64,000 nucleotides of DNA from Mustelus asterias (GCF_964213995.1 NW_027590170.1:186001-250000), one strand, 5' to 3'; shown: positions 12,459 through 26,095, numbered from the stretch's first letter. The notes: generated by a model not told the origin, from the letters alone. Translations and numbers: made by a program.

Positions 12459-14115
12459 GGTGAGATCCTAAATGAATATTTCTCATCAGTCTTTACTGTT
12501 GAGAAAAGCATGGATGTTAGGGAACTTGGGGAAATAAATAGTGATGTCTTAAGGAGTGTACATATAACAGAGAAAGAGGTGCTGGAAGTCTTAAAGCGCA
12601 TTGAGGTAGATAAATCCCCGGGAACTGATGAAGTGTATCCCAGGATATTGTGGGAGGCTAGGGAGGAATTTGCGGGTTCCCGAGCAGAGATATTTAAATC
12701 ATTGTTAGTCATAGGTGAGGTGCCTGAAGATTGGAGGGTGGCAAATGTTGTGCCTTTGTTTAAAAAGGGCTGCAGGCCAAAGCCTGGGAACTACAGGCCA
12801 GTGAGTCTCACATCTGTGGTGGGTAAGTTGTTGGAACGTATTTTGAGAGACAGGATCTACAGGCATTTAGAAATGCAAGGACTGATTCGGGACAGTCAGC
12901 ATGGCCTTGTGAGTTTGAGTTTTTGAAGGGATAGTCAAGAAGGCAGTTGATGTTGTCTACATGGAAGTTGGCAAGGCCTTTGACAAGTTTCCTCATGGTA
13001 GGTTGATTGTAAAGTAAAATCTCACAGGATCCAGCGTGAGGAAGCCAAATGGATACAAAATTGGCTTGATCACAGAAGCCAGAGGGTGGTTGTAGACGTT
13101 GTTTTTCAAACTGGAGGCCTGTGACCAGCGGAGTGCCTCAGGGATCAGTGTTGGGTCCAATGTTATTTGTCATCTATATTAATGATTTGGATGAAAATAT
13201 AGGAGGCATGGTTGGTACGTTTGCAGGTGACACCAAGATTTGTGGCATAGTGGACAGTGCGGAAGGTTATTTCGGTTTGCAATGGGATCTTGATCAATTG
13301 GGCCAGTGGGCTGACGAGTGGCAGACAGAGTTTAATTTAGACAAATGCGAGGTGAGGCATTTTGGTAGATTGAACCAGGGCAGGACTCACTCAGTTAATG
13401 GTAGGGCGTTGGGGAGACATACAGAACAAAGAGATCTAGGGGTGCACGTTCATAGCTCCTTGAAAGTGGCGTCACAGGTGGACAGATTGGTGAAGACGGC
13501 ATTCAGCATGCTTGGTTTCAATGGATATCGGAGTTGGAACGTCTTGTTGAAGTTGTACAAGACATTGTTAAGGCCACACTTTGAATACTGTGTACAGTTC
13601 TGATCACCCTATTATAGAAATGATATGATTAAACTAGAAAGAGTGCAGAAAAGATTTTCCAGGATGCTACTGGGACTTGATGGTTTGAGTTATAAGGAGA
13701 GGCTGGATAGACTGGGACTTTTTTCTCTGAGGGGGCTGAGAGGTGATCTCATAGAGGTCTATAAAATAATGAGGGGCATAGATCAGTCAGATAGTCAAAG
13801 GTAGGGGAGTCTGCAACTAGAGGGCATAGGTTTAAGGTGAGAGGGAGAGATACAAAAGTGTCCACAGGGGCATTTCTTTCACACAGAGGGTGGTGAGTGT
13901 CCGGAACAAGCTGCCAGAGGTAGTAGTAGAGGCAGGTACAATTTTGTCTTTTAAAAAGCATTTGGACAGTTACATGGGTACGATGGGTTTAGAGGGATAT
14001 GGGCCAAATGCAGGCAATTGGGGCTAGCTTAGGGTTTATGAAAAAGGCGCCATGAAAAAGTTGGGCCAAAGGGCCTGTTTCCAAGTTGTAAACCTCTATG
14101 ATTCTATGACACTAT
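12459..14115 (+). mobile_element. CR1 RT fragment, divergently fused to the preceding copy
   Basis: DKSPGTDEVYPRIL, NYRPVSLTS and GVPQGSVLGP motifs; ctatgattctatgac tail. Confidence 0.92.
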
Positions 14116-14199
14116 GACACACACATGCATCTGGAAGCATGCATACCCTCCCCCTCCCCCCCCCCAACACACACACACAGAGACACACACTGAGACATT

Positions 14200-15490
14200 G
14201 AGAGACACACACACCCAGCAGCACACACAAACACAGAGAGACTGGATTTGGGGACCAAATAAAATATTTCTGATGAGCACAACTAATGGTGAGGAGGATG
14301 CAAGGAGGACTTGAAGGGAATTGGGACAGGCTGAGTCAATGGGCAAGAACATGGCAGATGGAATAAAACTGAATATGTGTGAAGTTATCCATTCTGGCAG
14401 AAAAAAAAAGACATCAGAAAGGCAGAGTATTTCCTAAACAGTGCGAGATTGGACAGGGTTGTTGCCAGAGAGAGCTGGATGTCCTTGTTCATCGGTCAGT
14501 AAAAATTAGCATGTAGGCACAGCAAGACACATGGAAGGCAAATGCTACATATTTGTCCAATCAAATAGGAGCGCGAGAACGCGACAGAGCGCGCGTGTGT
14601 GTGTGTGTGTGTGTACCATGATCTGTTTGAATGTTGGAGCATTATTTTTGGGCCAAATGGCCTACTCCTGCTCTTATGTTCCTTTGAGACTGAAATACTT
14701 TTGCACGCCGCAGACACTCACACAGGCAAGAATTGACGTGCAGGCACACAGGCATACACACACACAAACATACACACACACACACATAGATCGAGAGACA
14801 ATCAGACTGAGGTATTGAGAGACAGATATGCCCAGAAACAAACACAGAGACTGGAACACACTCAGAAACTTGATGTGGGGACCAAATAAAATAGTTCAAA
14901 CCTTGCTGATGGCACTGGCATAATGGAGAGGAGGATGCAATGGGGGCTTCAGGAGATTTGGACAGGCTGAGTGAATGCGCAAAGACATGGCAGATCGGAT
15001 AAAAAGTAACTAAGTATGAAGTTATCCACTATGGTTGGAGGGTAAAAAACAGAAATATAGAATATGTCCCACATGGTGCGAGGTTGAAAAGAGTTGACTT
15101 CCAGAGAGACCTGTTCACTAAAAGCTAGCATTCAGGTGCAGCAAACAGTGAGGAAGGCAAATGCTACGTTCGCGTGTCACAAAATATTAATGTGAGTGTG
15201 CGTGTGTTTGTGTGAGTGTTTGTGTGCATCTGTGTGACTGTTTTTGTGTGTGCTTTTGTATGGGTGGGTGCGTGTGTGCACGTCTGTGAACGTGTGTGCA
15301 CGTCTGTGAACGTGTGTGAATGTGCCATGATCAGTTTGAATGTTCGATCAGTATTGATGGGCCAAATGGCCTATACCTGCTCCTATGTTGATTCGAGATT
15401 TGAATACATACACACGCCGCAGACACTCACACAGACAGGTATGGACATACAGACGTACAAACACACTCACGCATAAACAGACACACACAC
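14200..15490. repeat. Diverged ~650-bp tandem duplication of an old CR1 fragment plus CA microsatellite
   Basis: gggaccaaataaaata at ~14251 and ~14878; cacgccgcagacactcacacag at ~14704 and ~15413. Confidence 0.7.
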
Positions 15491-17897
15491 ACACACACGC
15501 GCACACGCACACATGCACAAATACGCACACACATATATATCTATATAGAATGATATGCAGTATAGTTGTATTTATTAAGACAATGTGATAAAATGTGATA
15601 GAATGCTGAATATGCAAATGACACAATAAACAGCATTGTAAGCAGCGTAGCTGGAAGCATCAAATTGCAAAGAAATATTAATATTTTGTGAATGGATAAA
15701 ACTAATGGATGTTTTCAGTGCAGGGAAATGTAAGTTAACGCACCTTAGAATTAAAAATCAAGGAACCATGTTGTTTATAATTGTCCATATGCTAAGACTA
15801 AGCATTGATCAACGAATGTCTTTATTCAAATTCTTTAGACAGGTAAAGAAGACAGAATGCATAAACACTGAGAGACCGAAAAATATATTCGAAGCTTAAT
15901 ATTCATGTTTGAATGTGAAGATCTGAGATCAGGATTGAAATAAAGAAGAGTCCGCAATCAGAACCGGCAACATTTTTGTTCTGGTTTTCATAAAATTAAA
16001 AATCAGCATTTAAGAATTCCTTGAACAGAGCAGGAGGAGAAGAAATTTTACTCTGTAAGCTGTATGTTCAGAGTACCCGATTAACAGTGTAGATGATGTT
16101 TAACTCTAAAACGCTGGAATTTAGTTAAGGAGTGACTTAATCATTCCCAAACGGAGAGGGTTGATAAACAGGAACATTTGCTGCTGGTTGGGGAGTTCAA
16201 GATTCAAGCAAATTGGATTTTAGACGATGTTTAATGTTTAAGACTTTCAGGAGCGAAATCAGGAAACATTTTTCAACTTAATACCTCACTTTCCTCCATT
16301 AAGACATTTCCTAAATCCAATCCTTTTTTGATGAAATCTAATATCGTGTGCAGTTTTGGTCCCCTTTCGAAGAAAAAATACACTTGCAATAGAAAGAGTG
16401 CAGAAAAAGTACACCAGACTGATTATTAGGATGGCAGGTTGTCGTTTCAGGAGAGGCGACTGCATCTGTATTCACTTGGAGTTTAGAACATGAGAGGCGA
16501 TGTCATTGAAATATACAGAATTTTAGCAGGGATGAGCAGACTGGATGCAGGGATGTTGTTTCCTTTGACGGGGTGGGGTCTAGAAAAAGGGAGCAAAGTT
16601 TCAGTGTTCAGGCTTGGACATTTAATTCTGAGATGAGGACATTTTGTCTTGACTCAGAGGCTGGTAAAACTGTAATTCTCTACCACAGAAGTTTGTGGAT
16701 GCGCAATCAGTGAATATATTTTAAAATGATATATATTTCTATACTCTAAAGGTGTCAAGAATTATGAGGAGAGGGCTAGTATGGTGTTGAGTTACAGGGT
16801 CAGCCACGTTCGTATCGAATGGCAGAGCAGGGTTTAAGTGTCGACTGATCCACTCGTGCTCCTATTTTCTATCTTTCTCTATATTATATATGTCCATGAA
16901 GGAAAGTGCTGGGTGATAGCGCTGAATATTAATTCTTTCATAAAACTCACAAGACGAAATTAATCACAGTGATATCTGACTCTGTAACAAACTTTTGATT
17001 GAAACTATCACTAAACATTCTTCATGCAACATCGTGGGATGGTTGCAGCGAAATGGCAATGTCATTGGATTAGTAGCGCAGAACCCCGGGCTCATTTCTC
17101 TGAAGGAATGGGTTCAATTCCCACCCCAGCACTCGGAGTAATTTCAAATAAATTGATCGAAGTGTAGCCTCCAGTAAAAACTCCGGCAACTATCGACGAT
17201 TGCCGTAAAAAAACATTGCCGTTCAATGGTTGGCATCTTATCTTTGCAGAAAAAAGCTTTGAATAAGATCTCGGCCAGAGGGCTAATTCAGAGTTTATGA
17301 GTTTTGGGGTAATATATTCGCATGGAAAGAGGATTCGCCAATCGATAGGATACAGAGAGTTGGGATAAGAGGAGCATTTTCAGGATGACAATCTGTTACA
17401 AGTGGAGTGCCTCAGCGATCAATGCTCGGGCTACAATTATTTACAATATACATAATGACTTGGACGAGGGAAGTGAATTTATTATTGCCAAGTTTGCGAA
17501 TGAAAACAGGACTTCTGCCATGGGTTGTAAATGCCCATTTAGATCAACAATGTCCTTTAGAGAAGGAAATATGTCGTCCAGTGGTTTGGATCCAAGAAGC
17601 GATGTCATGGAACCTGAAATTGCCCAGAGGGCAATTCGGATTTGATTTGATTTGATTTGATTTAATTCCCACATCCAAGAAGTAAAAGTAAAATTATGAT
17701 ATTTTTAGTCCAATATGACATTAATAAGGACTGGAGCTAAAAAAAGACTGGACACTGCAATTTAGGACGAGCTGAGGTGGATATTCAGCTGCGCAAATTC
17801 ATTATATCAGTGCAATGTCCTCAATTACCTTCCCACATGATGCTGGCTCCCTGTCTATCACACAGCAGATAATGACATTAAGTAAGCTTATCCTTAC

Positions 17898-17931
17898 TGG
17901 TCACATATTTCACTGCTGAATGTGGGTGTCT
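17898..17931 (-). pseudogene. Possible heavily decayed J-delta remnant
   Basis: RSS-like cactgtg-12-gcaggaaga at 17932-17959, TPTFSSEI (FGSG-like), and donor A|GTAAGG. The segment is too short to be intact. Confidence 0.35.
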
Positions 17932-18717
17932 CACTGTGATTAATAAATATGCAGGAAGAATTTCCAAGACAGAAACTTCGCATTGCAGCAGCTGAGTCAT
18001 ATTTACCTCACAGAGGACAGAAGAAAAACATTTAATTTGCATTATTTCGGGAGCGCTGTATACAAATTTCACACAAAGTCAAGCCAAGGATGCACACATG
18101 TTTTTCGTGTGAGGTTAAGTGTCACTGACTTGCAAAGATTACAGGACGATATGGGCGAGCTGGCCAGACAGGTAGAGCAGTGCCAAACGGAATTTAAACC
18201 TGAAAAGTGTGAGGTGATGCATTTTGCGAGGGGTAAGAAGGCACGGGAATACGCCATGAACTGCAGGACGCGAGAAAGTGCAGAGGACCAGAGGGACCTT
18301 GGCATGCAAGTCCAAAGATCATTTATGCCGTAGCATTCAAGGCTGCAACCAAGTGCTGAAAAATGCGATTGGAATAGATATGGTTATAATGGCTGGAGCA
18401 GGCACAATGGGCCGCAGGACCTCTTCCTGTTCTGTAAAATTCAATGACGATGATTCTACTGTCCCCAAAGCAAGAGCGATGGGCTTAATGGTCTCCTCCA
18501 TCGTTGCAGGAGTCTAATAATTTGCTGTTTGTAAATTCTAACACAGAGTTGTCAGAGGACGTTTTAATTTTTCACTCCACCCTCTCGCCTCCTGCTCCTC
18601 CTAATCAACTCAACAGCAGCAATTACAGGATAAAGATTCTTTACAGGTGTATGAGAATCGGACATTACTTTCGTAAACTATAACCAGACACAAAATGCAG
18701 AGAATAGTTTCACTTAC

Positions 18718-18777
18718 TGGGTTCTACAGTGAGTTTGGTTCCACTGCCAAAGATAAGCTTTCTGGTTGCATAGTTTG
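18718..18777 (-). CDS. TRDJ: Functional J-delta (NYATRKLIFGSGTKLTVEP)
   Basis: RSS cacagtg-12-acaaaatcg (18778-18805), FGXG motif, phase-1 donor GTAAGT. Confidence 0.95.
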
Positions 18778-19574
18778 CACAGTGATTCCAGATGGTACAA
18801 AATCGACATAACCCACATGAATAGCAATGTAAGGATTGCTTTTCATGCTAAAGGTTTTTGAGATTCGATTTGCTTCCACAGCTGGTTCATTATTTCGTCC
18901 AGAACAAAATGCAAAACAATATCCAAGAAAGGATGTTCTGGCTAAAGAGGGAGTGCACCGAAGGTTCACCGGACAGATAATGGAGTGGCAGGACTGACAT
19001 ATGAGGGGAGATTGAGTCGGCTAGGATTTTATTGTCTGGGGTTCAGAAGAAGGGAGGCAGGAGCAGAAGATCTCATTAAAGCCCATAATGCAGGATTAGA
19101 CACGGTAAATGCAGGATGGCAGCAGGGTCCAGAACCGGGGTTCATAGTCAAAGAATATGGGACTGATATGAGGAGAATTTATTTTTCAACAAGAAAATGA
19201 AAAGCCTGTGTAATTCACAATTACAAAGTTTTAAACAGAACAGTTGTGCTTATTCGTCTCCCCTCTATCTTTTTGATCAATTCTCTGGGTGGAATCTTTC
19301 TATCCCGTTCACAGTACACAAATCTGCTTCTCAGTTCAATACCATATTACCAATTACCAATACCATATTATCCCAACTCCTATCCCATGTACCTCTAATG
19401 ACTGGGTAGGCAGGGCTAGATCAAAACTGACTCAAAATTGTGCAATCTCTTCGCCTGCATGCCACATATTATATTGGCACTCTGCCCAACTTGACTAGAC
19501 TACTTACAACAGAAAACTAGATCACAGAGGAGATGTGGGGTGAAAGAATAGAAACACACTGACTTTACACTCAC

Positions 19575-19624
19575 TTGGTACAACTGTCACCTGGGTGCCA
19601 TTGCCGAACGTTAGCTTATCGTAG
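19575..19624 (-). CDS. TRDJ: Functional J-delta (YDKLTFGNGTQVTVVP)
   Basis: RSS cacagta-12-acagaaacc (19625-19652), FGXG motif, donor GTGAGT. Confidence 0.95.
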
Positions 19625-20619
19625 CACAGTAACAATTCCTCAGACAGAAACCTTCTATTGAGATAACTGTTTCAGATTTCAGACAATTCACGGCAAAGAC
19701 AAAGCTGGAACAGTCACTGATTCGCTGCAGGAAACAGATATTGCATATCTTCCCCCTCCCCACCATCACAGGCTAAATGGGCCGAATAGCCTCCTTGGAT
19801 GCTCTAAGATTCTATCAATGTGAAGAATTTCTGAGCCAAGGCAGCCACTGGTCAAATATAGCCATCCACGTCCTCTCCCTGCAACAAGTATATTTTGCCT
19901 CTGAAACTTTGTTAGGTAACATAGGAACAAGGTTCTGCCTGCACTGCCAATCTCTGAAATGGCTTAACAGAAATTTGCAATATGGCTTTGCCAGTGACGC
20001 CTCAAAACCTGGCAGAAAAGAAATACAATTCAACGGATAGTCTTTAATTTGTTAGCTAAGCTTTCTCTCCTTACAGATGCTGCCTGATCTGCTGTGGTTT
20101 TTCCCAGCATTATCTGTTCTTATTGTCATAATCCTGTTATATTTCGAAGAGGTAAACAGACATGTTGAGTCTGAAAGATGCGTTTATGTTTACTTGAATC
20201 AACAGTTACTCGGGCTCATTTTCCAAAAGAGAGATATTTTTTATTCATTCGCGGGGCATGGGCACCGTTGGCTGGCCAGAATTTATTATCCATTCCCAAT
20301 TGCCCTTGAGTGTCAACCAAATTGCACATGTAGGCCAGATCTAATAAGAATGGCAGATTTCTTTCTCTAAGGGACATTACTCAACGAGATGGGTTTTTCC
20401 AACACTGGTTTTCATCGTCAACAGTAGATTCTTAATTCCAGATTATTGAATTCAAATTCCACCACCTGCCGTGGCGGGATTTGAATGCAGGGTCCCCAAA
20501 CCACTAGTTGATTTCCTGGATTAATAATTTAGCGACAACACCACTGGGCCATCGCCTCCCCCCAGTTTCACCACCTCACAATACTGCAAGGTCACCCAAT
20601 GAAACTAATGTGCCAGCTG

Positions 20620-21900
20620 GTTGGGAAATGATGTAAGGAGTCAGAGAAGGAGGGAACAAGGATAAAATCAAGAGGTGGAAAAGGGAATACGAAAAATGAT
20701 ATACAGAGAAACCAAGGACAAAATTCAAAAACGAGACAATTAATGTTAAAAAGATAAACTGAAAGGCTCTGTGCCTTAATGCGCAGAGCATTGGCAATAA
20801 AGTGGATGTACTAATCTTGCAGATAGATGTAAATGGGCATGCTATAATTGGAATTACGGAGACGTGACTGCAGGGTTCCCAAGAATGGGAACTGAATGTT
20901 CCAGGGTATTCCGTATTTAGGATGGACAGGCATAAAGGAAAAGGTGGTGGAGCGGCACTGCTGGTTAAAGAGGAAATTAACAAACTGGTGAGAAACGATA
21001 TTAGCTCTGATAATGTGGAGTCTATACGGATAGAGTTGAGAGATACCAAGGGGCAGAAAACATCAGTGGGTGTCATGTACAGACCGCGAAACTGCAGTGG
21101 TGATGTTGGAAATGGCATTAAACATGAAATTAGAGATACATGTGATGAGGGAATATCGGTGATCAAGGGTGATTTTAATCCGCACATTGATTAAGTAAAT
21201 CAAATTAGCCACAATGCTGTAGAAAAGGATTTCCTGGACCGGATACGGGATAGTTTCCCTGACCAATATGTAAAGGAACCAACGAGGGAACAGGTCACCT
21301 TAGACTGGGTACTGTGTCGTCAGAAGGTAATAATTGCCAATCTAGCTGTGCAAGGCCCCTTGGGGATGAGTGAACATAACATGAGAGAATTTTTTATCAA
21401 GGTGGAGAGTGAAGTAGTTGACTCGGACACGACTGTGCTGAATCTTAATAAAGGAGACCATGAAGATATGAGGCGCGATTTGGCCTTCATAGATTAGAGA
21501 GACTTACCTAAAGGGATGACAATGGATCTCATAGAGACTTATAAAATTCGAACAGGACGAGACATAGTAGATGAAGAGAGGATATTCCCGATGGTGGGGC
21601 AGTCCAGAACCAGGGGTCTGAGGATTCCAGATGGACCATTTAGGACGGAGGTGAGGAGACATTTCTTCACCCAAAGAGTGGTGAGCCTGTGAAATTCATT
21701 ACCACAGGAAGTAGCTGTTGCCAAAAGATTGAATGTATTCAAGAAGCGGCTGGATATAGCACTTGGGCGAATGGGATCAAAGGTTATGGGGAGAAAGCAG
21801 GATTAGGCTTTTGAGTGGATGATCAACCATGATCATAATAAATGGCAGATCATGCTTGAAAGGCAAAACGCCCCTTCCTGCTCCCATCTTCAATGTTCCT
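20620..21900 (+). mobile_element. Internally deleted or chimeric CR1 (APE region joined to a 3' end)
   Basis: DRHKGKGGGAALLVK, YRPRN and GDFN up to ~21525, then a CR1 3' end (FFTQRVVSL). Confidence 0.8.
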
Positions 21901-22269
21901 ATCTTTCCTTCCCGAGAGGAAATTAATGAACCAGATGGGTTTTTCCGACAATCGACAATGGTTTTCCTGGTCACCAGTAGATTTTTAATTCCAGATTATT
22001 GAATTCAAATTCCACTATCTGCCATGACGGGATTCGAACCCAGGTCCCTCACATATTCGCTGAGTTTCGGGGTTAATCATTTTGCGATAATACGAGCAGG
22101 ACATCGCTTCCCTCCAGTTACATAACTTCTCCATGATGCAAGGTCACCCAGTGAGTCGCACATCCATATCTGTCACATTGCTGAGGCCCAGAGATTGGTC
22201 TGCCACCTGCGGCATGTCTAACTAAGCATTAAGATCTGAGTTCGCTATCCATCTATCTAGGGTAATGAC

Positions 22270-24048
22270 TAAGGAATGACGAGGGTAAGATTAGGGCCAG
22301 TCAAGGACAGTAGTGGGAAGTTGTGCGTGGAGCCTGAAGAGATAGGAGAGGCGCTAAATGAATATTTTTCGTCAGTATTCACGCAGGAAAAAGACAATGT
22401 TGTCGAGGAGAATACTGAGATACAGGCTATTGGACTAGATGGGATTGAGGTTTATAAGGAGGAGGTATTAGCAATTCTGGACAGTGTGAAAATAGATAAG
22501 TCCCCTGGGCCGGATGGGATTCATCCCAGGATTCTCTGGGAGGCTAGGGAGGAGATTGCAGAGCCTTTGCCTTTGACCTTTATGTCGTCATTGACAACAG
22601 GAATAGTGCCAGAAGACTGGAGGATAGCAAATGTTGTCCCCTTGTTCAAGAAGGGGAGTAGAGACAACCCTGGCAATTATAGACCAGTGAGCCTTACTTC
22701 TGTTGTGGGCAAAGTTTTGGAAAGGATTATAAGAGATAGGATTTATAATCATCTAGAATGGAATAATTTGATTAGGGATAGTCAACACGGTTTTATGAAG
22801 GGTAGGTCGTGCCTCACAAACCTTATTGAGTTTTTTGAGAAGGTGACCAAAAAGGTGGATGAGGGTAAAGCAGTTGATGTGGTGTATATGGATTTCAGTA
22901 ATGCGTTTGATAAGGTTCCCCACGGTAAGCTATTGCAGAAGATACGGAGGCATGGGATTGAGGGTGATTTAGCCGTTTGGATCAGGAATTTGCTAGCTGT
23001 AAGAAGACAGAGGGTGGTGGTTGATGGGAAATGTTCATCCTGGAGTTCAGTTACTAGTGGTGTACCGAAAGGATCTGTTTTGGGGCCACTGCTGTTTGTA
23101 TTTTTATAAATGACCGGGATGAGGGCGTAGAAGGATGGGTTAGTAAATTTGCGGACGACACTAAAGTCGGTGGAGTTGTGGACAGTGCAGAAGGTTGTTG
23201 CAGGTTACAGAGGGACATAGATAAGCTGCAGTGTTGGGCTGAGAGGTGGCAAATGGAGTTTAATGCGGACAAGTGTGAGGTGATTCACTTTGGAAGGAGT
23301 AACAGGATTACAGAGTACTGGGCTAATGGTAAATACTTGGTAGTGTGGATGAACAGAGAGATCTCGGTGTCCATGTGCATAGATCCCTGAAAGTTAGCAC
23401 CCAGGTTGATAGTGTTGTTAAGGAGGTGTATGGAGTGTTAGCTTTTATTGGTAGAGGGATTGAGTTTCGGATCCAGGAGGTCATGTTGCAGCTGTACAAA
23501 ACTCTGATGCATCCGCACTTGGAGTATTGTGTACAGTTCTGGTCGCCGCATTGTAGGAGGGATGTGGAAGCATTGGAAAGGGTGCAGAGGAGATTTACTA
23601 GGATGTTGCCTGGTATGGTGGGAAGGTCTTACGAGGAAAGGCTGAGGGACTTGAGGTTGTATTCGTTAGAGAGAAGAAGGTTAAGAGGTGAGTTAATAGA
23701 GGCGTACAAGATGATCAGAGGATTAGATAGGGTGGATAGTGAGAGCCTTTTTCCTTGCATGGTGATAGCTAGCACGAGGGGACATAGCTTTAAATGGAGG
23801 GGTGATAGATTTAGGACGGATGTCAGAGGTAGGTTCTTCACTCAGAGATTAGTAAGGGCGTGGAATGCCCTGCCTGCAGCAGTAGTGGACTCGCCAACAT
23901 TAAGGGCATGTAAATGGTCATTGGATAAACATATGGATGATTTTGGAATAGTGGAGGTTAGATTGGCTTTAGATTGGTTTCACTGGTCGGCGCAACATCG
24001 AGGGCCGAAGGGCCTGTACTGCGCTGTAATGTTCCATGTTCTATCTTT
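22270..24048 (+). mobile_element. CR1 RT region to 3' end, frameshifted
   Basis: ORFs 22276-23109, 23178-23390 and 23345-24052 carry CR1 RT motifs. Confidence 0.95.
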
Positions 24049-24195
24049 CTGAAGTTCATTTTACGGACAGAATGCCTTCACTTGTATTTCATGTAATACT
24101 TTGTATCGTTGCCCCGGTTGCTATTTGTCAGACACAATATAGCGAAAAAATAATCGACATGAAACAGAATGAGAGTAACTTCCAATCGTACTCAC

Positions 24196-24245
24196 TTGGC
24201 ACAACTGTCAACTGGGTGCCGCAGCTTCACAGTGTAGTCATAATG
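24196..24245 (-). pseudogene. TRDJ: Pseudo J-delta (YDYTVKL..GTQLTVVP, FG motif deleted)
   Basis: Donor GTGAGT is intact. About 11 nt covering xFGx are missing. RSS tatagta-12-acatagacc has lost the heptamer CAC. Confidence 0.8.
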
Positions 24246-24446
24246 TATAGTATAAAGGGCACAGACATAGACCTTCCATTGGAGTGAAGTTGCAGATGTC
24301 GTTTAGTAATGATGAAGCATACTCAATAATTCGGAGGCAGGGGAATATACAAAGTTCACATGAGGAAGAGCCCTTGAGAACCTTTAAGGAAAGGTCAATT
24401 ACTTATGTTCCAACCAGATCCAAACTGACGTTTTCAAATGTCTTAT

Positions 24447-24506
24447 TGGGTCGCAAAGTGAATTTGTTGCCTCTGCCAAAGACAAGTTACAAAGTTCTGG
24501 TGCCAG
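24447..24506 (-). pseudogene. TRDJ: Pseudo J-delta (GTRTL*LVFGRGNKFTLRP)
   Basis: FGRG motif, in-frame TAA, donor GT>AT. Nonamer acaaaaaac at 24526-24534 with a degenerate heptamer. Confidence 0.8.
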
Positions 24507-25047
24507 CAGATCTGTACACAATGGGACAAAAAACTAAACCCAACCACATGAGCAGAAGAATGATTTATTTATATTCTATTTCTCCTAAGTTTGAGTTTGA
24601 ATTCAATTTTAGATTTTGCTGACTTCAATAGCCAGGGCAGGTTATATCCAGGTAAAAATATAAATGTCTCCCCCCTCACTTCCCACCCATTTGAACGTAA
24701 TAGGTCAATAAATTATTTACTTGCATCGTGTAAAAAGGAACTTTGAGGGAAAGAATGGTCAGAAACTTAATGCACTTGCTAACTTCAAGTCGCCATTGGC
24801 CACCACACTCCCCACAATCTCTGCACAGAATGGAAATGTTTTGTAGGCAGGAATGGAATAATACACACAACACATGGACCAGTGCAGCAGGTTCAAGAAG
24901 GCAGCTCACTGCCTTCCACATTTAGGGACGGGCTATGTAAGTGCTGGCCTAGCCAGCGATGCCCATTTCCTACGCAATAAAAAAACGAGGTAACTTCAGT
25001 TACTCACACTCTAACCAGGTCCAAACTGAAAATTTAAAACCACTTAT

Positions 25048-25107
25048 TGGGTTGCGCAGTGAATTTGTTTCCTCTGCCAAAGATAAGATTCAAAGTTCTG
25101 GTGCTAG
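25048..25107 (-). pseudogene. TRDJ: Pseudo J-delta (STRTLNLIFGRGNKFTAQP), duplicate of 24447-24506
   Basis: FGRG motif, donor ATAAGT, nonamer gcaaaaagt with a degenerate heptamer. Confidence 0.8.
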
Positions 25108-25413
25108 TACATGTGTACATAATGCGGCAAAAAGTACAAACACCTGAGCAGAAATATAAGATTTATTTATATTTCATTTATCCTGAGTTTGAGTTTGAGT
25201 TCAATTTCAGATTCTGCTGACTTCAATAGCCAGGGCAGGTTATATCCTGAAATAAATATGTTCGCCCCATCCACCAATTTACATTTAATTCCCACTCCTT
25301 GCCTGTTAGCTCCATATGTCATATATTTCTATCCACTTTACAATCTCAGCAAATATGGTTCAGATTTTCTGTAAATGCAGGGTGAGACCATTGCACTTTG
25401 TGAGGATGCGTGC

Positions 25414-25473
25414 GAGGTTCCACAGTGAGTTTTGTTCAAGTACCAAGGATCGGACTTTCAGTTGTGGGGATGA
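25414..25473 (-). pseudogene. TRDJ: Pseudo J-delta (TESPILGT*TKLTVEP)
   Basis: TKLTVEP end, in-frame stop, no GT donor. Heptamer remnant cacaa is followed directly by a CR1 tail. Confidence 0.75.
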
Positions 25474-25477
25474 CACA

Positions 25478-26095
25478 ATCATAGAGTCATAGAGTCATAG
25501 AGGTTTACAGCATGGAAACAGGCCCTTCGGCCTAACTTGTCTATGAAGCCTTTTTTAAAACCCCTAACCTAATCACAATTGCCTGCATTTGGCCCATATC
25601 CCTCTCTACCCATCTTACCAATATAACTGTCTAAATGCTTTCAAAAAGACAAAATTGTACCCGCCTCTACTACTACCTCTGGCAGCTTGTTCCAGACATT
25701 CACCACCCTCTGCGTGAAATAATTGCCGCTCTGGACACATTTGTATCTCGCCCCTCTCACCATAAACCTATGCCCTCTAGTTTTAGACGTCCCTACCTTT
25801 GGGGAAAGATACTGACTATCGAGCTGATCTATACCCCTCATTATTTTATAAACCGCTAAAGATCACACCTCAATCTTCTACACTCCAGATAAAAAAGTCC
25901 CAGTCTATCCAGCCTCAAACCATCAAGTCCCGGTCGCATCCTAGTAAATCTTTTCTGCACTCTTTCTAGTTTAATAATATCCTTTCTATAATCGGGTGAC
26001 CAGAATTGTACACAGTATTCCAAATGTGGCCTTACCAATGTCTTGTACAATTTCAACAAAACGTCCCAACTCCTGTATTCAATGTTCTGGCCAAT
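25478..26095 (-). mobile_element. CR1 3' fragment inserted into a J RSS
   Basis: (tcatagag)n tail on the plus strand; LYKTLVRPHLEYCVQFWSP. Confidence 0.9.

Noticed and set aside
11329-18717. TCR-delta intronic enhancer (RUNX/Myb sites)
   Set aside because: Expected here by analogy with mammals, but no convincing motif cluster could be identified by eye.
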